64,000 nt of DNA, from contig OX597817.1 in assembly GCA_951406725.2 (NCBI GenBank), positions 133,796,001 through 133,860,000 of the forward strand, given 5' to 3'. Below are positions 42,740 to 58,540 of this stretch, piece by piece (position 1 is the first letter of the stretch; every line of letters begins with the position of its first letter). The translations under genes and the position numbers were made by a program. Source of the stretch: Octopus vulgaris (taxonomy: Eukaryota). Below the pieces are notes generated by a model. It searched no databases and was not told the origin of the DNA. It was given only the letters and a program-made list of their open reading frames with translations.

Positions 42740-42756
42740 CGTGTGTACGTGTATAC

Positions 42757-42811
<55 letters not shown>

Positions 42812-42837
42812 TGTGAATGTATATACACATACATGTA

Positions 42838-42884
<47 letters not shown>

Positions 42885-43048
42885 AAGTATGCATATGTTT
42901 ATGAGACTCCGCTTACGTTGGGTGTATGATGGCAACAAATCTGTTGAAACGGAGGCAGCTGGAAGAGTAAGAGATGTTAACACGTACGAGCTGTAGTAGT
43001 AGTGGTACTTGTCGAAGAAATAATGGTTCTAGTAAGTAGTAGTAACTC

Positions 43049-43081
<33 letters not shown>

Positions 43082-43405
43082 CAGCAGCAGCAGCAATAGT
43101 AGTTGATGACAGTGATAAAGAATTATGTTCATATTTTAAAGTTTTATCACAGTTCCACCGAATGACCACCCAAAGGAAAGCCATGATTGAATGCCACTAC
43201 GTCGCGATCAACGTCTCCTATAGTCTGTCTCAATGACCTTGTGCCTTTCTCGTTTGAAATACTATATAATCTGTCAAGCGGAATTCTGTTTCGAACCCGT
43301 AAGTTTAATTTCGTCATTTCTTAATGTCAAGTAATTCTCTTTAAGGAAATAAATGAACGTCACGTCAGTACTTCCTACCACCACCTCATTAAGGAACTCA
43401 TCGTA

Positions 43406-43486
<81 letters not shown>

Positions 43487-43513
43487 ATATATGTATATAT
43501 GTATGTATATGTA

Positions 43514-43603
<90 letters not shown>

Positions 43604-43622
43604 GTATATATATATATGTATA

Positions 43623-43758
<136 letters not shown>

Positions 43759-43764
43759 ATATAT

Positions 43765-43804
<40 letters not shown>

Positions 43805-43813
43805 ATATATATG

Positions 43814-43903
<90 letters not shown>

Positions 43904-44102
43904 AAACGACTGACTGACTCTTCGGACACGCAGTATCTTCATCTATATCAGTCCCTACCTCTGAACAGCAGTAGAAGCGAATAGAATTTGGTGGTGTATG
44001 AAGGCTGTGAGAATGATGTGTGTTATTGTCAGGAACGTGTCACGCGCAACTCCAAAGACACAGTTTTCAATGAGCGAAGCGACAGAAGAGCAGGAACAAC
44101 AA

Positions 44103-44133
<31 letters not shown>

Positions 44134-44260
44134 TATATTGATACGCACATATGTCCATGTACATATGTTTATGTGTCTTGTAAAGCAACAGTTGTAGTAG
44201 CAGCTGTGACAGATGACCAGGAGTAGTAGCAGCAGCAGCAGCAGCAGTGGTGGTGGCGGC

Positions 44261-44297
<37 letters not shown>

Positions 44298-44794
44298 ACC
44301 GACGATTTTCGCTTTAAGTTGGATGCGTTTCCTCTATAAAATAGCAATGATGATTATGATGATGATAACGACGACGACGGTGAACGAACTGGTTGTATTG
44401 ATGATGATAGTGGTGATGATGATGATGATAAATATCTGTAACGGTAATCATGATGATGATGACGGCCATTATGAAGATGACCACGATGATGATAATAGTT
44501 GAAGTCCCGAATAGTTTGCCTGGCTGATCGGTTGGTGTTGTGATGGTAATTGGTCATTCTATTAATCAACAGCGAATATCAAATTGTCATATTGAATGTG
44601 TGTGTGTGTGTATGTGTGTGTGTGTGTATTTGCATATACATATGTACACATAGTGAGATAGATAAATAGATAAATAGAGAGAGAGAGAGAGATGTATATA
44701 AATAGATAGATAGTTAGAGAGAGAGAGAGGCCTTTGTATGTGTGCGTATGTAAATATGTATGTCCACCTGACATGACTAGAAATAAGAAAATAC

Positions 44795-45830
44795 TGGAGT
44801 AAGAAGACATCCACGATCGGCTGATGAGGAGTCTGCAAATCTGGCAGCCAAAATACACTAAAGCCTTTTACCCCATTATTATAGGAGACGTACCGACCCT
44901 TCTAGAGCAAAGTATGGGTAAACTGCGATTTCTGGTAAAAGGGCACCACGCCAGTATTCGTCTAGTGCTGATGGTCACAGTTTCTGGACAATAGAAAATC
45001 AACAGGAACTCCTTCTTAAACCGAAAAGGATGAATGGTTTGGAAAAATATGACCAAGAGAACTTGGACATTCTTACAATCTTGTCACCAAGTCAGGGGCC
45101 GATGTAAATGTAGTATAAATTTGCAATCAGGAAGTGACATGCATGCATTGGTTCACTTGATTTTCTGAGTAAATGCCTAACTGTCGTTCTGGATAAGCTT
45201 GGATTTTCAGAAAAGGAAATCATACCAATTGATTTGCACATTAGATATACAACCTGTAAGTGGAACAGTAAAAATGTTGAAGACTTTTCTCAGGTTTAAA
45301 ATGTGACAATGTTTCCGTTATCTACATTGCAAGGATGGAGCTTTGCATCTTTGTTAGAAACCAATTCCTTCCTCAGAGGGAGAACTTAAATAATCAAAAA
45401 CAGAAGAGAACTTATATATACAGACAGAAAGAAAAGTTCATTAACAGTCATAGAGCGAAGTTACTCTGGAGATGTGACCATCTCTTCCAAAATCAGTAAG
45501 AAGAAGAATAACTAGGGACAAGTGCTTCGAAACTGGAAATTCTTCTGTCCTGATTATAAATTTACATTCATACCAGTGATTATTGGTGCACTCGGCTACG
45601 TTGGCAAATACCTAAGCCACGATCAGGAGAAGCTTCGATTTTCAAGAAAAGAAAGAGAGCAACTGGCACGAACTTCACGGATAAAATCTGTAAGTGGAAC
45701 TGTGAAAATATGCAAGACATTCCATTCCTGAAGTTCCATCTGTAATAATTACCGATGTTGATATCCAAAGTCCAATAGTGGAGCTTTGTGTTTCCTTGAA
45801 ACCAGCTCCAAAATTCTAGAAAGAATACCA
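44795..45830 (+). mobile_element. Cluster of R4/Dong-like retrotransposon 3' ends (at least two)
   Basis: 45522-45731 gives PDYKFTFIPVIIGALGYV...SVSGTVKICKTF. About 45150-45306 gives IGSLDFLSKCL...KLGFSEKE...PVSGTVKMLKTFLRFKM*. Each is followed by a similar 3' UTR. Confidence 0.75.
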
Positions 45831-46133
45831 ATATATAAAAAGAAGAACTATCATACATTTATACATGCCTTTTAATTCGTACGTACATACATAAATACAT
45901 ACATACTTACACACATACATACATACACACATACATGCAGACATACACACACACACACACATACATACATACATACACATACATACATACACACATTCAT
46001 ACATACATACATACATACATACACACACACACATACATACATACATACATACATACATACACACACATACATACATACACACACACACACATACATACAC
46101 ACATGCACACACACACATACACACACACATACA

Positions 46134-46162
<29 letters not shown>

Positions 46163-46164
<2 letters not shown>

Positions 46165-46534
46165 TGGTGGCACTCCGTCGGTTACAACGGCGAGGTTTCC
46201 GATCAACAGAACAGCATGTTCGTGAAATTAACGTGCAAACGGCTGAGCACTCCGCAGACACGTGTACCCTTAAGGCATCCTCTAGGAGATTCAGCGTGAC
46301 ACAGTTTGACAAGTCTGGCCCCTTTGAAATACAGGTACAACAGAAACAGGAAGAAAGAGTGAGATAAAGTTGTTGTGAAAGAGTACAGCAGGGTTCGCCA
46401 CCATCCCCTGCCGGAGCCTCTTGGAGCTTTAAGTGTTTTTGCTCAATAATCAATCAGAGCGCCCGGTCTGGGAATCGAAACCGCAATCGTATGACCGCAA
46501 GTCCGCTGCCCTAACCACTGGGCCACTGCGCCTC
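46163..46534 (-). mobile_element. SINE family C-related element
   Basis: Minus strand TGGCCCAGTGGTTAGGG...GGTTTCGATTCC. The tail is shared with 930-1020. Confidence 0.8.
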
Positions 46535-46861
46535 CACACATACATATATGTATACGCACACACACACACGCATTGCATCTATAGATATACACATATACTC
46601 GCACAGGTATAGGTATGCCAATATATGTGTACGTATATGTATGTTAAAACATATAGATCCACGCATGATGTCCGTGTATGGCACGCCAAGAGCACCCAGC
46701 AGCACAACTTGTAAAGTGGTTGAGGTTAGGATGGGCCTCCAGCCGTAGAAAACATGCCTAAACTGACAACTTGAGCCTGGTGCATTCATGATGCTGGCAT
46801 GCCAGACATTAAGTGATGAAGATGATTTCATACAAACACTCACACACACACACACACACAT

Positions 46862-46903
<42 letters not shown>

Positions 46904-46905
<2 letters not shown>

Positions 46906-47209
46906 TAGTGTACATTTATACACAAAGAGGCAAGCCATTAACAGGTTGCCTAACATACTAGAAAGAACAGTCAAAACGTCCAAACCACAGTTTTGGCGTA
47001 TACGCTGATAAGGACTTCGCCTTCAAATGATTTTATTTGCTAATTAATGTTCGAAATCTGAGGTCCGGCTGTAAAACATGGTAAATGTTTTTATTTTTCA
47101 TTTCCTTCAAAATTGCTCTTAACTGTGGTTTGGACTTTTTGACTGTTCTTTCTAGTATGTTAGGCAGCCTGTTAATGGCTTGCTTCTTTGTGTATAAATG
47201 TACACTAAT
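46904..47209. repeat. 89-bp inverted repeat (3 mismatches) with 128-bp spacer
   Basis: 46904-46992 is the reverse complement of 47121-47209. Confidence 0.92.
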
Positions 47210-47774
47210 TTTTATATGAAAAACATGTCTATTGACTTTGTATACATACTACGCCACTGGTAGAAAAAATTTCTATAATTTTTCCTACTCTATATAAATT
47301 ATAGATACATACATACACATACATACATACATACATACATACACACATACACACATACATACATACATACATACATACATACATACATACATACATACAT
47401 GAGTTAAGGAACGGAGTAGCGACTGGAATCTCAGAAGTGGTGAATATCCAAGTGAGGTGTGTACCGCAGGGTACTCTTTAGGCCGAGGATATCTTGATTA
47501 GATGAAATGTTACATTGTCGCACGGCGGTACATGTTGAGGCCTGGAAAGTTCAATCAGAATGTGTAAGTATGCATATCTATACGACGACTTCCCAGTTAT
47601 ATTTTTTAAATCCTAATGTAAGGGCTTTGTTTCTGAGGTTTGAAAGTTGGCTCTTCCTGCATTGGTGAAAAATTTTGGGAACATGATTGGATCATACACA
47701 ACACACGTACATAAACTGATACATACATACACACATACAGGAAGAGTAAGCTCTCTTGAACCTATGATCGATTC

Positions 47775-48650
47775 ACCTCATCTCACCGCGAAGGAAATGC
47801 CTTCATTACACAGGAACAGATGATAGCTAGTAATTACCTGATCAATAACCTTGATAAAGATACCTGCAGACTTCCATGTTGTAATGTAAAATGTTAATTG
47901 TGCCATACAAGTGTAGAAGATATCACGCACGTGTGGTCTAGTGGTTAGGTTGTTCGGTCAATGTATACATGCAGGTATGTACAACCAGCTGTCACTCGGA
48001 ATTGTGGATTACATGGTAACATGACCCAGCAGCTGGCTAAAGAATATATCTGCAAAAGTACTACTTTAGTATATGTCATGACATTGTAGCCAAAACCATT
48101 TACAATACTATCCACAGGAAGGATAGTCATAACAGAGGTATAGCAGAACAAGATTGTATCTATACATTTAAAAATAAGCAATATTTGTGCCATATTCCAG
48201 TAATAACAGCAACCTGCTGTAAGCGCAAAAGGTCTAAAACTGTTTTACTGAACAGGAAACAAAAGTTACGCACCGTTGTAAATTTCAGCTGCCCAACTGA
48301 TGTGAATAATTTGTCTAAAATTGTGTAAAAGGAGAACGTTTCTGATGAACTAAATAGGGAAACCTCTCGTAGCCATGCTATATATTCTCATATGTATCTG
48401 TTATCAGAGGTGCCCTGAATTATGTAACAGCTATGCACAAAGGCCTAGGAATTCTGGAGAGGTGGCTATCCAAGAAAGGACGAAACAAGCTGATTCTCAT
48501 CCTCCAAATCCAATGGATTAACATTTAAGTAAATTTTTAAGAAATATTAAAGCATTTTATGTATTCATACACAATCATAATTACATGCAGAGGAAGGAGA
48601 GAGAAACTGGAGTATGTATAACCTTGAAACCAAGTTTATACGCACATACT
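47775..48650 (+). mobile_element. Decayed R4/Dong-like non-LTR retrotransposon, C-terminal region (CCHC knuckle + restriction-like endonuclease)
   Basis: Degenerate translation TSSHREGNAFITQEQ...KC*LCHTSVEDITHV...CHDIVAKTIYN...VVNFSCPTDVN...RGALNYV. It is interrupted near 47930 by a tRNA-SINE-like head. Confidence 0.7.
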
Positions 48651-48829
48651 TCTACAGCCAAAAGGTGAGAGCTAGGAATGCTCAATATAGAAAACGCGAT
48701 GTAGTGCTCAAATGAGCGTGAACTCCGAATACTTCATTCAAGACAAGTCTTACGGCGGCAAGACTGGCTCTAAGAGAAATCCAAGACAAGCTGATATGGA
48801 AGTAGTGGTGCAGATAAACACAATGACAC

Positions 48830-48903
<74 letters not shown>

Positions 48904-48921
48904 TAGATTATAGTCTTTTTT

Positions 48922-49140
48922 TTTACTTGTTTCAGTCATTTGACTGCGGCCATGCAGGAGCACCGCCTTTAGTCGAGCAAAACGACCCCAAAACTTATTC
49001 TTTGTAAGCCTAGTACTTATTCTATCGCTCTCTTTTGCCGAACCGCTAAGTTACGAGGACATAAACACACCAGCAGCGGTTGTCAAGCGATGGTGGTGGG
49101 ACAAACACAGACACACAAACATACACACACACACACACAC

Positions 49141-49183
<43 letters not shown>

Positions 49184-49341
49184 GACGGGCTTCTTTCAGT
49201 TTCCTTCTACCAACTCCACTCACATGGCTTTGTTCAGCCCGAGGCTATAGCAGAAAACGCTTGTCCAAGATGCCACGCAGTAGGACTGAACCCGGAAACA
49301 TGTGGTTAGGAAGCAAGCTTCTTACCACACAGCCACGCCTA
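48922..49341 (-). mobile_element. SINE family B
   Basis: Full-length reverse copy. Confidence 0.85.
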
Positions 49342-49534
49342 CACCTATTTGTATGTCTACATGCGTTTATCTTTCTGAATATATGTGGATAAATGTGTCT
49401 GTGTGGTCTAGTTGTTAGGGTGTTCGACTGATGCTCATGAAGTCCAGCCAGGGAGCGTTGAGCTCTTGAGCAAGACACTTCATTCCACGCTGCTTCGGTC
49501 CATTCAACTGTAATAAGCTACTCGTACGGTAGCT

Positions 49535-49589
<55 letters not shown>

Positions 49590-49832
49590 CTGTCGCTCAA
49601 CTAATTGTCATTGTACGTCGAAGGTGACAGGGTGTGGCTTCGTCCACTCTCAGCTAAAAACAAATAGCGAATGAATGGTGCATGTTATCCACAATTCCGA
49701 GTGACAGCTGGTTCTACATAACGTGCATGGGGGCATGCATGCATAGGCACACACACACATAAACACATTCACGCACATACACACATGAATGCATACATGT
49801 ATGCATACACACAAACAAACAGACACATACAG

Positions 49833-49993
49833 GCCCAGACGTGACTGTGTGCTAAGAAGCTTGCTTCTCAACCACATCGTTCCGGGTTCAGTCCCTCTGC
49901 GTGGCACCTTGGGCAAGTGTCTTCTACTATAGCCACGCGCCGAATAAAGCCTTGTGAGTGGATTTGGTAGGCGGAGACTGAAAGAAGCACGTC

Positions 49994-50035
<42 letters not shown>

Positions 50036-50242
50036 GTCTTTGTGTTTGTCCCCTACCATCTCCTGACAACCGATGTTGGTGTGTTTGCGTCTTCGTAACT
50101 AAACGGTTCGGTAAAAGAAACCGATAAAACAAGTAACTGGTTTAAAAATAAATAAATACTGGGGGCGATTCATTCAACGAAATATTCTTGAAGGCGATAC
50201 CCCAGCATGGCCACGTCTAATGACTGAAACAAGTAAAAGATA
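49833..50242 (+). mobile_element. SINE family B
   Basis: Full-length forward copy. Confidence 0.85.
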
Positions 50243-50929
50243 CGGAAATGGATGGATGGATGGATGGATGGATGGATGGAGGAGTTGAGAGGTGGATGGA
50301 GAGACGGATTGATGGATCAATGGAGAAATGAATGAATGGATGGTGATGGTTAAGCGTGTATATGCGTGCGGATAGTGATCATCATCACCATCACCATCAT
50401 CAGCAGCAGCATGAACATCAGATTTAACAGCGTTACCATCTCTTCTAGCAGCAGCAGCAGCAGCAGCAGCGGCAGCTGCTAACGTCACGACCAGGAGAGT
50501 AATAACAACAACAACAGCATCGATATCAACTGATGCAACAATAACAACTGCAACTGCTGCAGCGGCAATAATACTAACATTACCACCACCACCACCACCA
50601 CCACTAACATCGCCAGCAACACCACCACCACCATCATCAACAACATCAACGGAGCGTGTATGGGGGCCCTCTAAGCTGCTAACGACAACAGCCAAATCGT
50701 CCCTCAGTCGTCTAATAATGGAAAAGACAACCATTAAATAATGTAGCCTTGGATTATAAACCTTACAAAGTAGGATTGGCATGGCTGGAATGCTTTTTGT
50801 TATGTTTTTATTGGTTCATGGATTAGGTTCGAGTTTAACAGCAGCAGCAGCAACAAAAACAACAACAGCAATGGAGAGTAAAGGAAAAGAACGAGAGTAA
50901 CTTATAGCTGTGATACGAAGACACGAGCA

Positions 50930-50978
<49 letters not shown>

Positions 50979-51135
50979 TCGCAAACGCACACAGAAGAGT
51001 AGATATATACATACACACATGCGTATGTGTGTGTACATACATATATATGTATATATACCTACGTATACATTTTGTATAATTTCTCCATTATATATATATA
51101 TATATATATATAACGTACATGTGTCTATGTTTATA

Positions 51136-51172
<37 letters not shown>

Positions 51173-51541
51173 GTGTGTGTTGTAGAAAAGTAGCAGCTGT
51201 GAGGTGTAGTATGAGAGACAGGAAATAGTAAATGGGAGTGAGAGAGAGGGGTGTAGTGTTGTGTATAGTTAGTTGGGTAGCTGCTCGTGACAGAAGCTTG
51301 TTTATCGCATGGTTACTTAACAGAAAGGATATCACACAGCAACTGCCTTCTCGTTGAGCAGCATATCGCACACACACATAGGTTTTTCTAGGAGTGTGCG
51401 TTGTGCGTGTGCACCATTATACTATCCTCTACACACACAAACACCCCACCCCCACACATACAGACACATATATATATATCTATATATCAACATAGTCATA
51501 TATATCATACTACATATGTATGTATGTATGTATGTGTATAA

Positions 51542-51630
<89 letters not shown>

Positions 51631-52755
51631 CCTCCAGAGCCTGCACAAAAGAAATACGAGTAATATACTGACGTGCACCTCGGCCTAATGAATCCTTCCT
51701 TTCAAAATGTATCGCCTTTGTAACTACGTTAGAAATTGATTTGGCCGAATCGGTGGAGCATCGGTCAGTATAGCATGCTGTATATCGTTGTGTCACCTAA
51801 CTATTGTCCTGAGCTCGAATCTCGCCCGAGTCCACTTTGACTTTCGTCATTCCGACTAGTGTGTGTGTGTGTCTGTGTGCCTGTGTGTGTTAGGTGAGGT
51901 TGGGTCCATAAAATAAAGTTCCACTTTTGAACTGGGGTTGACATATTCAACTGTATCTCGTCCCTCCTCCCGACATGACCGAACTTGTGTGTATCGTCAT
52001 TTTCAACACCACCACCAACAACAACGACATCATCATCAACGTCTCTGTCATCGTTACCACCACCACCACCGTCATCAACATCACTACCGCCCTAGTCAAT
52101 ACCACTGTCGTCATAACCGTTACCAACACCTCCGCCGCCTCCCTGGGTGCGGATTTCTTTTTCCTATACAAATGGTAGTACAAACGGGCCAAATGCTTTT
52201 TATCAAGTTTGTCCCACTGTGCTTCCCCATGTCTTTTACACATCTGCTTTCAGTAGGAACCAGGCAAGGGAATATTCAACCGAGTGTTATACTCCGCACC
52301 CACCCCTACACACTCTTTTGCAAATGTATCTCATAGCCAGACCTTACATGGACTCGAACTCAAGCCAGAGAGGAATGTAACAAAATAAATGTTTGAAAGT
52401 ATTCTTTGAAAAACCATCTCTACCTTTTTAGAGTTCAAATCCCGCCTTGGTGAGTTTTGAATTCCAACGAATAGGGGACCATGAAATAAAATAACACCTT
52501 TTCAGCAATTCAGACGTCGGTTTGCCTCAGTGGGTAGGAGCGTTTGCTCGTCCTTCTGGAATCCTTATCATCATCACCATGATGATAATGATAATAATAA
52601 TAATAATAATAATAATCACCGTCATCATTATCATCATCATCATCATCATAATAATAATAATGGTTTCAAATTTTGCCGCCAGGCCAATTTTGGGGGAGCG
52701 GGGATGAGTCGCTTACATTGACCCCAGTTGAACACTGGGGTCAATGTAATGATAA

Positions 52756-52813
<58 letters not shown>

Positions 52814-52860
52814 ACTACTACTACTACTACTACTACTAATAATAATAATAATAATAATAA

Positions 52861-53050
52861 TCCTTTCTACTGTAGGCACAAGACCTGCAATTTTGGGAGA
52901 GGTGTAAGTTTGATCACATCGACCCCAGTACTTAGGTGGCACTTATTTCATCGACCCCGAAAGGATGAAAGGCAAAATCGACCACGGCGGAATTTGAACT
53001 CAGAACGTAGCGACGGGCGAAATATCGCTAAGCATTTCGTCCAGCAGCTT
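52861..53050 (-). mobile_element. SINE family A
   Basis: gaccccgaaaggatgaaaggcaaaatcgacc...gaatttgaactcagaacg, flanked by (TAA)n. Confidence 0.8.
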
Positions 53051-53052
53051 TC

Positions 53053-53095
<43 letters not shown>

Positions 53096-53148
53096 TAATA
53101 ATGATAATAATAATAATAATAATGATAATAATAAAAATAATAATGATG

Positions 53149-53194
<46 letters not shown>

Positions 53195-53257
53195 TGATAA
53201 TAATAATAATGATAATGATAATAATAATAATAATGTTAATAATAATAATAATTAAAA

Positions 53258-53470
53258 GTGCTTGAGTATTCCACAGACGCACATACCCTTAGAATGTGGG
53301 ATATACCCTGTGTCACAGAATGCGACATAGTTGAATTACAGGTACAACTCATTTTTACAAGCTGAGTGGACTGAAAGAAAGTGAAACAGAGTGTCTTGCT
53401 CAAGGATAGAATGCGCCGTCGGGAATCGAACCCACGATTTCAGGACTATAAGCTGAATACCCTAACACTA
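53258..53470 (-). mobile_element. SINE family C
   Basis: agctgagtggactg...gtgtcttgctcaagga...gggaatcgaaccc. Confidence 0.75.
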
Positions 53471-53522
53471 CCAGTTGAATATTGTCTGGTAACAGCAATA
53501 AGGACCCCTTATTAACAGGGTA

Positions 53523-53937
53523 AAGGCGACGAGCTCGCAGAATTGTTATCACGCCGGGCGAAATGTTTAGCTGTCTGCCGTTACGTTGTGAGTTCAAATT
53601 CCGCCGAGGTCGACTTTGCCTTTCATCCTTTCGGGGTCGATAAATTAAGTACCAGTTACGCACTGGGGTCGATGTAATCGACTTAGTCCGTTTGTGTGTC
53701 CTTGTTTGTCCCCTCTGTGTTTAGCCCCTTGTGGGTAGTAAAGAAATAGAAATAAGTATTTCGTCTGCCGTTACGTCCTGAGTTCAAATTCCGCCGAGGT
53801 CGACTTTGCCTTTCATCCTTTCGGGGTAGATAAATTAAGTACCAGTTACGTACTGGAATCGATGTAATCGACTAGAATCTCCCCCACTCCGCAAAAAAAA
53901 AAAAAAAAAAAATTCAGGCCTTGTGCGTAGAGTAGAA
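53523..53937 (+). mobile_element. SINE family A, dimeric copy
   Basis: Two tandem B-box+core units ending in the ggccttgtgcgtagagtagaaa tail. Confidence 0.85.
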
Positions 53938-54361
53938 ATGTAGAAAGTCGATTGGTTGGTGATGAGAATTTTGTGACTGTGATGCATTTTTCAAAGGCAT
54001 CGCCGCCACAAAGTAAGCGAATGAAATAAGTGATTGGAATTGGCTGCTAATTCTAGTTGGTCAAGCGACTGACAAGGTTGTGGTTTCATTGTCCTCTCAT
54101 CCTTCGTTGGAAAGGTGAATGAGGTGAGTCCATTTGAATTTGATTCCCGGAATGTTACAGAGGGAGGAAAGGGGTGTTGGGGGGATGTCAACAAGCAAGT
54201 GTGAAGAAACATTATGAATATATGCAGGACTCTGTCTTCGGTACCATACGCACACACACACATACGCACGTACCCCCACACACACGCATCCCCTCCACCC
54301 CCTACAAACAAACACACGCACGCACACAAACACAAGCACCCCCCCCCACACACACACATGT

Positions 54362-55292
<931 letters not shown>

Positions 55293-55429
55293 GTCTATAT
55301 ATACATGTGTGTGAGTGTGTGTGTGTGTGTGTATTCTGTGAATTTTGATAATTCCTTTAATCACGGAAAATATTTTCACATGTTCCTTACATGCCTAGCG
55401 TGCTATCGATTCTGTTAGTGTGCCTCCTG

Positions 55430-55531
<102 letters not shown>

Positions 55532-55588
55532 TATATATATATGTATATATGTATGTATATATATATATAATATATATATGTATGTCAG

Positions 55589-55808
55589 ATGGCAGAACCG
55601 TCAGCTCGCAGGGCGAAATGCGTAGCCGTATTTCGTCTGTCGTTACGTTCTGAGTTCAAATTCCGCCAAGGTCGACTTTGCCTTTCATCCTTTCGGGGTC
55701 GATAAATAAAGTACGTTTCGCACTGGAGTCGATGTAATCGACTTAATCCATTTGTTTGTCCTTGTTTGTCCCCTCTATGTTTAGCCCCTTGTGGGTAGTA
55801 AAGAAATA
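55589..55808 (+). mobile_element. SINE family A
   Basis: Near-identical to 59716-59945. Confidence 0.85.
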
Positions 55809-55812
55809 ATAA

Positions 55813-55945
<133 letters not shown>

Positions 55946-56477
55946 AAATATGTAATAATGATAATGTCTGTCTTTCGGCCTCTTCCCTTATAATATACTT
56001 GTCACTGACCGCAACAGATGTATCAGAATTCCGGGTTCGATACTGGATTGAAAGAAATGACTGTTTTCTTACACCTGCATTAATGCCGTGAAGAAGGTGC
56101 GGAAGCCTCGCCGACGCGTGTGGAGCTTCTTACGTCTGACCTTGTGCTAAACAATGAACAATGACTGCAATGCTTGCGTTAATAATTTATTAATCCATCT
56201 CCGTGCCCATCCCTCCTCCCCTTCGCCGTTCTGCTCGGCTCTCGAAAAGTCTTTTCCTGTCTTTCAGGCATCAGTTTATCAAGTTGTCATCACACCTATT
56301 TATACATGCTAATGCTCACACTTATATACTTATGCGTGTATGTACACACACACAGTGTGTGTGTGTGTCTGTGTAGACAGATATATGTTGAGAAGGACAG
56401 AAACATATTTCGCCGGTGAAAGAGTCAGACACGCATGGGAGAGAGACGAAGGACTGCATTTACTATATATATATCTA

Positions 56478-56584
<107 letters not shown>

Positions 56585-56884
56585 GGACATGTACATGCCC
56601 ACCTTTGTCTCTGTGTACACACACACACACACACATACACACACGGAGAAGCCTTGATATGCAGTGTATATAGTGTGTCTATAAATATATGATGACAACG
56701 CCATAATCTTGTAGTTCCACGAAGCAAACACTGTAAAGCTGTCATTACGACTCTACGTACATATTTATCCGCTGTTAATCCACTCCAACCTTTCCTCTTT
56801 CACTCCGCCAGTGTCGACAGCATCGCCATCGTCGCACCTATCGACTCCACCATCGCCACAACCACCACCACCACCATTACTATC

Positions 56885-56927
<43 letters not shown>

Positions 56928-58034
56928 TCCCACCGCTATCGTGTTTATTCATCCAAAGCTCACCTGGAGATAAACAATAACACCCTCAACTACCACAGCA
57001 ACAAAGACAACACCACCTGAACCAGCACCACCGCTAGCGCCACTACTGCCAACACCATTAGTACAACCATGAACAAGAACACCAGTAGCAAGCACTACCG
57101 CCGCTACCAATGACCACCACCAACAAAAACAACAACAGCGGAAACCGTATTAGCACCCCCTCAATACCACTACCAGTACCTTCACCAACACCACGGGCAC
57201 CAAGAGGACCAACTCCGCCATCAATACTACACCGCCAACACCGCCGTCAATATGACCCCTCGCCGCCAACACCACCGCCAATATGACCCCTCGCCGCCAA
57301 CACCACCGCCAGACTGTGGCGAACATGTATTTAAGTTATTTATTTATAATTTTTTTCCTTTCTCTTCAACGGAAATTTTATGTCTTCTCACAGCAGATGA
57401 CATGATGGAGGGTGGAGGAATAGAGGAAGAAAAAGAAGAGGAAAGAGAAAGAAAAGCAACGTCTCACTGTTTCTCTTTCTATCTTCCTCTCTTCTCTCCG
57501 CCTCTTTTTCTCTCCTCTCTCTCTCTCTCTGCTTTTCTTTCACCGTCGGTCTGTTGCCTCTCTCTCTCCCCTCTCTCTCTCACTCCCCTCCCCTCTCACT
57601 CTCACTTTCGCCCTCCATTTCGCCCCCTTTCTCTCTGTCCCCTCTCTCTCCACTTTCTCCATTTCTTAACCCCCTCTCTATGTATATCGTTTACATTTAT
57701 GCAATAGTTTAACGACAGTATTTCATAGACCATTGCTTCTGACTTCTACCACACACACACACACACATGTAGAAATACACAAATATGCTCACTATAACAT
57801 AAAAGCGCATCTTATACATAGATATATATTTATATATATGTATATATATACATCATCATTATATATATATATGTGTGTGTGTGTATTTATATAAAGGAAT
57901 ACAAAAAGTGGGACAAGGACGCATCCAGACAGATGATACAAAAAAGGGGACAAGAAAAAACAAGGGCGGGTCATTCGGAGTTTTCTTTCCTCAGTCGAGT
58001 TACAGATTATCTTTGCAATTTCGGCTGGTTGTAT

Positions 58035-58105
<71 letters not shown>

Positions 58106-58185
58106 TACATACAGGCATACACATGTACATGTACATATACATATTTGTATTTGCATCTCTCTCTCTTTCTCCCCCTCTCCCTCTT

Positions 58186-58252
<67 letters not shown>

Positions 58253-58540
58253 GGAAAGAAAGGCCTCAGTATTGTTGTAGAATATAATTTATGGAGAAAA
58301 GTAAACTTCGTGTTACAAGCTCTTTTCTCTATTTACAGAAACGCGCGCACACGCACACAGTCATACATATGCACACACATAAATATGTATCTATGTGTGT
58401 ATTATATATGTGTGCGTATGTGCGCGCTCGTGAGTGTGCGTGTGTATTATTTGGATTTGTTTATCAACATTTACTGATGTTGGTACTCTCTGTTGATAGA
58501 ATAGAGTCACACGAATAAAATTTAGAGATAATATTGATTG

